From contig CM059431.1 in the NCBI GenBank assembly GCA_030390025.1, forward strand, positions 111,788,001 to 111,852,000: DNA of 64,000 nt, written 5' to 3'. The stretch comes from Squalus acanthias. Lineage: Eukaryota. The notes beneath the pieces were generated by a model, which saw only the letters and a program-made list of their open reading frames with translations, was not told the origin of the DNA and did not search any database. This document shows, piece after piece, positions 62,744 to 64,000 of this stretch. Made by a program: the position numbers and the translations under genes. The first letter of the stretch is position 1, and the number at the start of each line of letters is the position of its first letter.

Positions 62744-64000
62744 AAAAAGGATTATACCACTGTCGAAGACAGGCATCGTGATTGAAACGAACCTTGTGTG
62801 CCAGATGGACACCTAGCTCAGGAGACGTGGCAATTTTAGCAGTTGCCAAGTACATAGAAGGGAGTAGTAATACTGGCAGTAGCGCCTCATTTGACATCAC
62901 AGCTAAGGGAAGACAAAGTCCTGGGTGCCCCACATAACCAAACATTTCAGAACATAAAGGAGAACCAGAATAGCAGAATAGCTTGTAACTTTTAAGTTTA
63001 ATAGTCAGCAATGGATAGAAAGAAGCACAGGCCAGGGGACGGAGATTATAATTGGGCAATCTGAATACAGCAGATCTGATCTTTCCACTGCTTCAAAAGC
63101 ATATACACGTTTGAGAAACTGGTGACTTTGCAACAACCCTATTAAGAGGCAGGATTATATGGGCCGCTGAAATGCCGTAACAATAACCAAGGCAGTCCAA
63201 AAGGGGGAGGTGGCGTACAACTCAAGCTCAAAGCTAAGCAGACAGGTTTATTTTCAACTATATTTTATAACAGAAGACTAAATCCCTCGGATTTCATCAT
63301 CACAGGTACAACACCAACATTTACTTTGTCTGCAGCAGTTTCAAAAAATATGATTTTTCCGCCCAGTGCAAGGCAGAGGCCACCTTCCGGAATTAAACAG
63401 GACCATGTGACATCCCCAGCAAGCACAACCTTTTTATGCTCAGCATTTTGGAGTCACTTGCTTCAACCTCCTGTGAACATCAATGAGCACTGAGGTGCAG
63501 CATTGACAGATTCCTGCACTAGTGGCGGGTATTTCCCCACCGCAGACAACTTTCAGCAGCAAACCCAGTGAAATACGGCCATAGAGATTGAATATCTGAA
63601 TGTGGCAACAGTATCCTGAAATCTGAAACCGCATTCAATTTGCATGAAACTGGCCCGCTTTGGTTATCACAGCAACAACTATTTGTCACTTTTTCTTTTT
63701 CCAAGGTTGAAGCGTCACTCAAAGATCAAAAAATTCCCCCCCCCCCCGATTTTATAGGTGCAAACTGTGTTATAATAAACCCAACACAAATGTATATGAG
63801 CCATCAATTAAATCCTTGCATCACCTGCCACCTGTTCATTTTGTCCTCAAGTAAGAGATACGAGGAATTGGAGCTTTGCATTACCAACTCAATCCAACCT
63901 CAACCAGTATGACTTATGAAACATGGGCCGATGAACTGCAGAGAAAAGCTCCTCCTTATGTCAACTTACTTACTTTCAACTTAAGAGCACGTGCATGATA

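Noticed and set aside
62574..63059. 161-aa ORF
   Set aside because: Partly reads through a Penelope palindrome; no homology recognised

Overview
Eukaryotic, repeat-saturated, largely non-coding DNA. The repeat families (CR1 with esterase ORF1, Deu-domain SINEs, LF-SINE-like relics, Penelope-like elements, Harbinger-type MITEs) point to a cartilaginous fish (inference). No host protein-coding gene could be identified. Main content: (1) A nested insertion stack at about 13.7-28.5 kb. One CR1 hosts a second CR1, which carries a Harbinger-type MITE, a full-length CsRn1-type Gypsy element (262-bp LTRs, ACCT TSD, tRNA-Trp PBS, 1217-aa gag-pol ORF), a 1.08-kb retrovirus-like solo LTR and a Penelope fragment. 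(2) About ten copies, intact or mutated, of minimal hammerhead-ribozyme motifs from two Penelope-like families, often in palindromic, TSD-flanked units. (3) A decayed Mag-like Gypsy inside an L2 LINE at 54.9-60.4 kb. (4) A histone H2B pseudogene. (5) A 272-bp inverted templated insertion that preserves the empty pre-Gypsy site. (6) An unexplained multi-hairpin segment at 36.7-37.15 kb. Most short ORFs in the track are TE fragments or their antisense frames. Family names come from motif recognition, not database searches.
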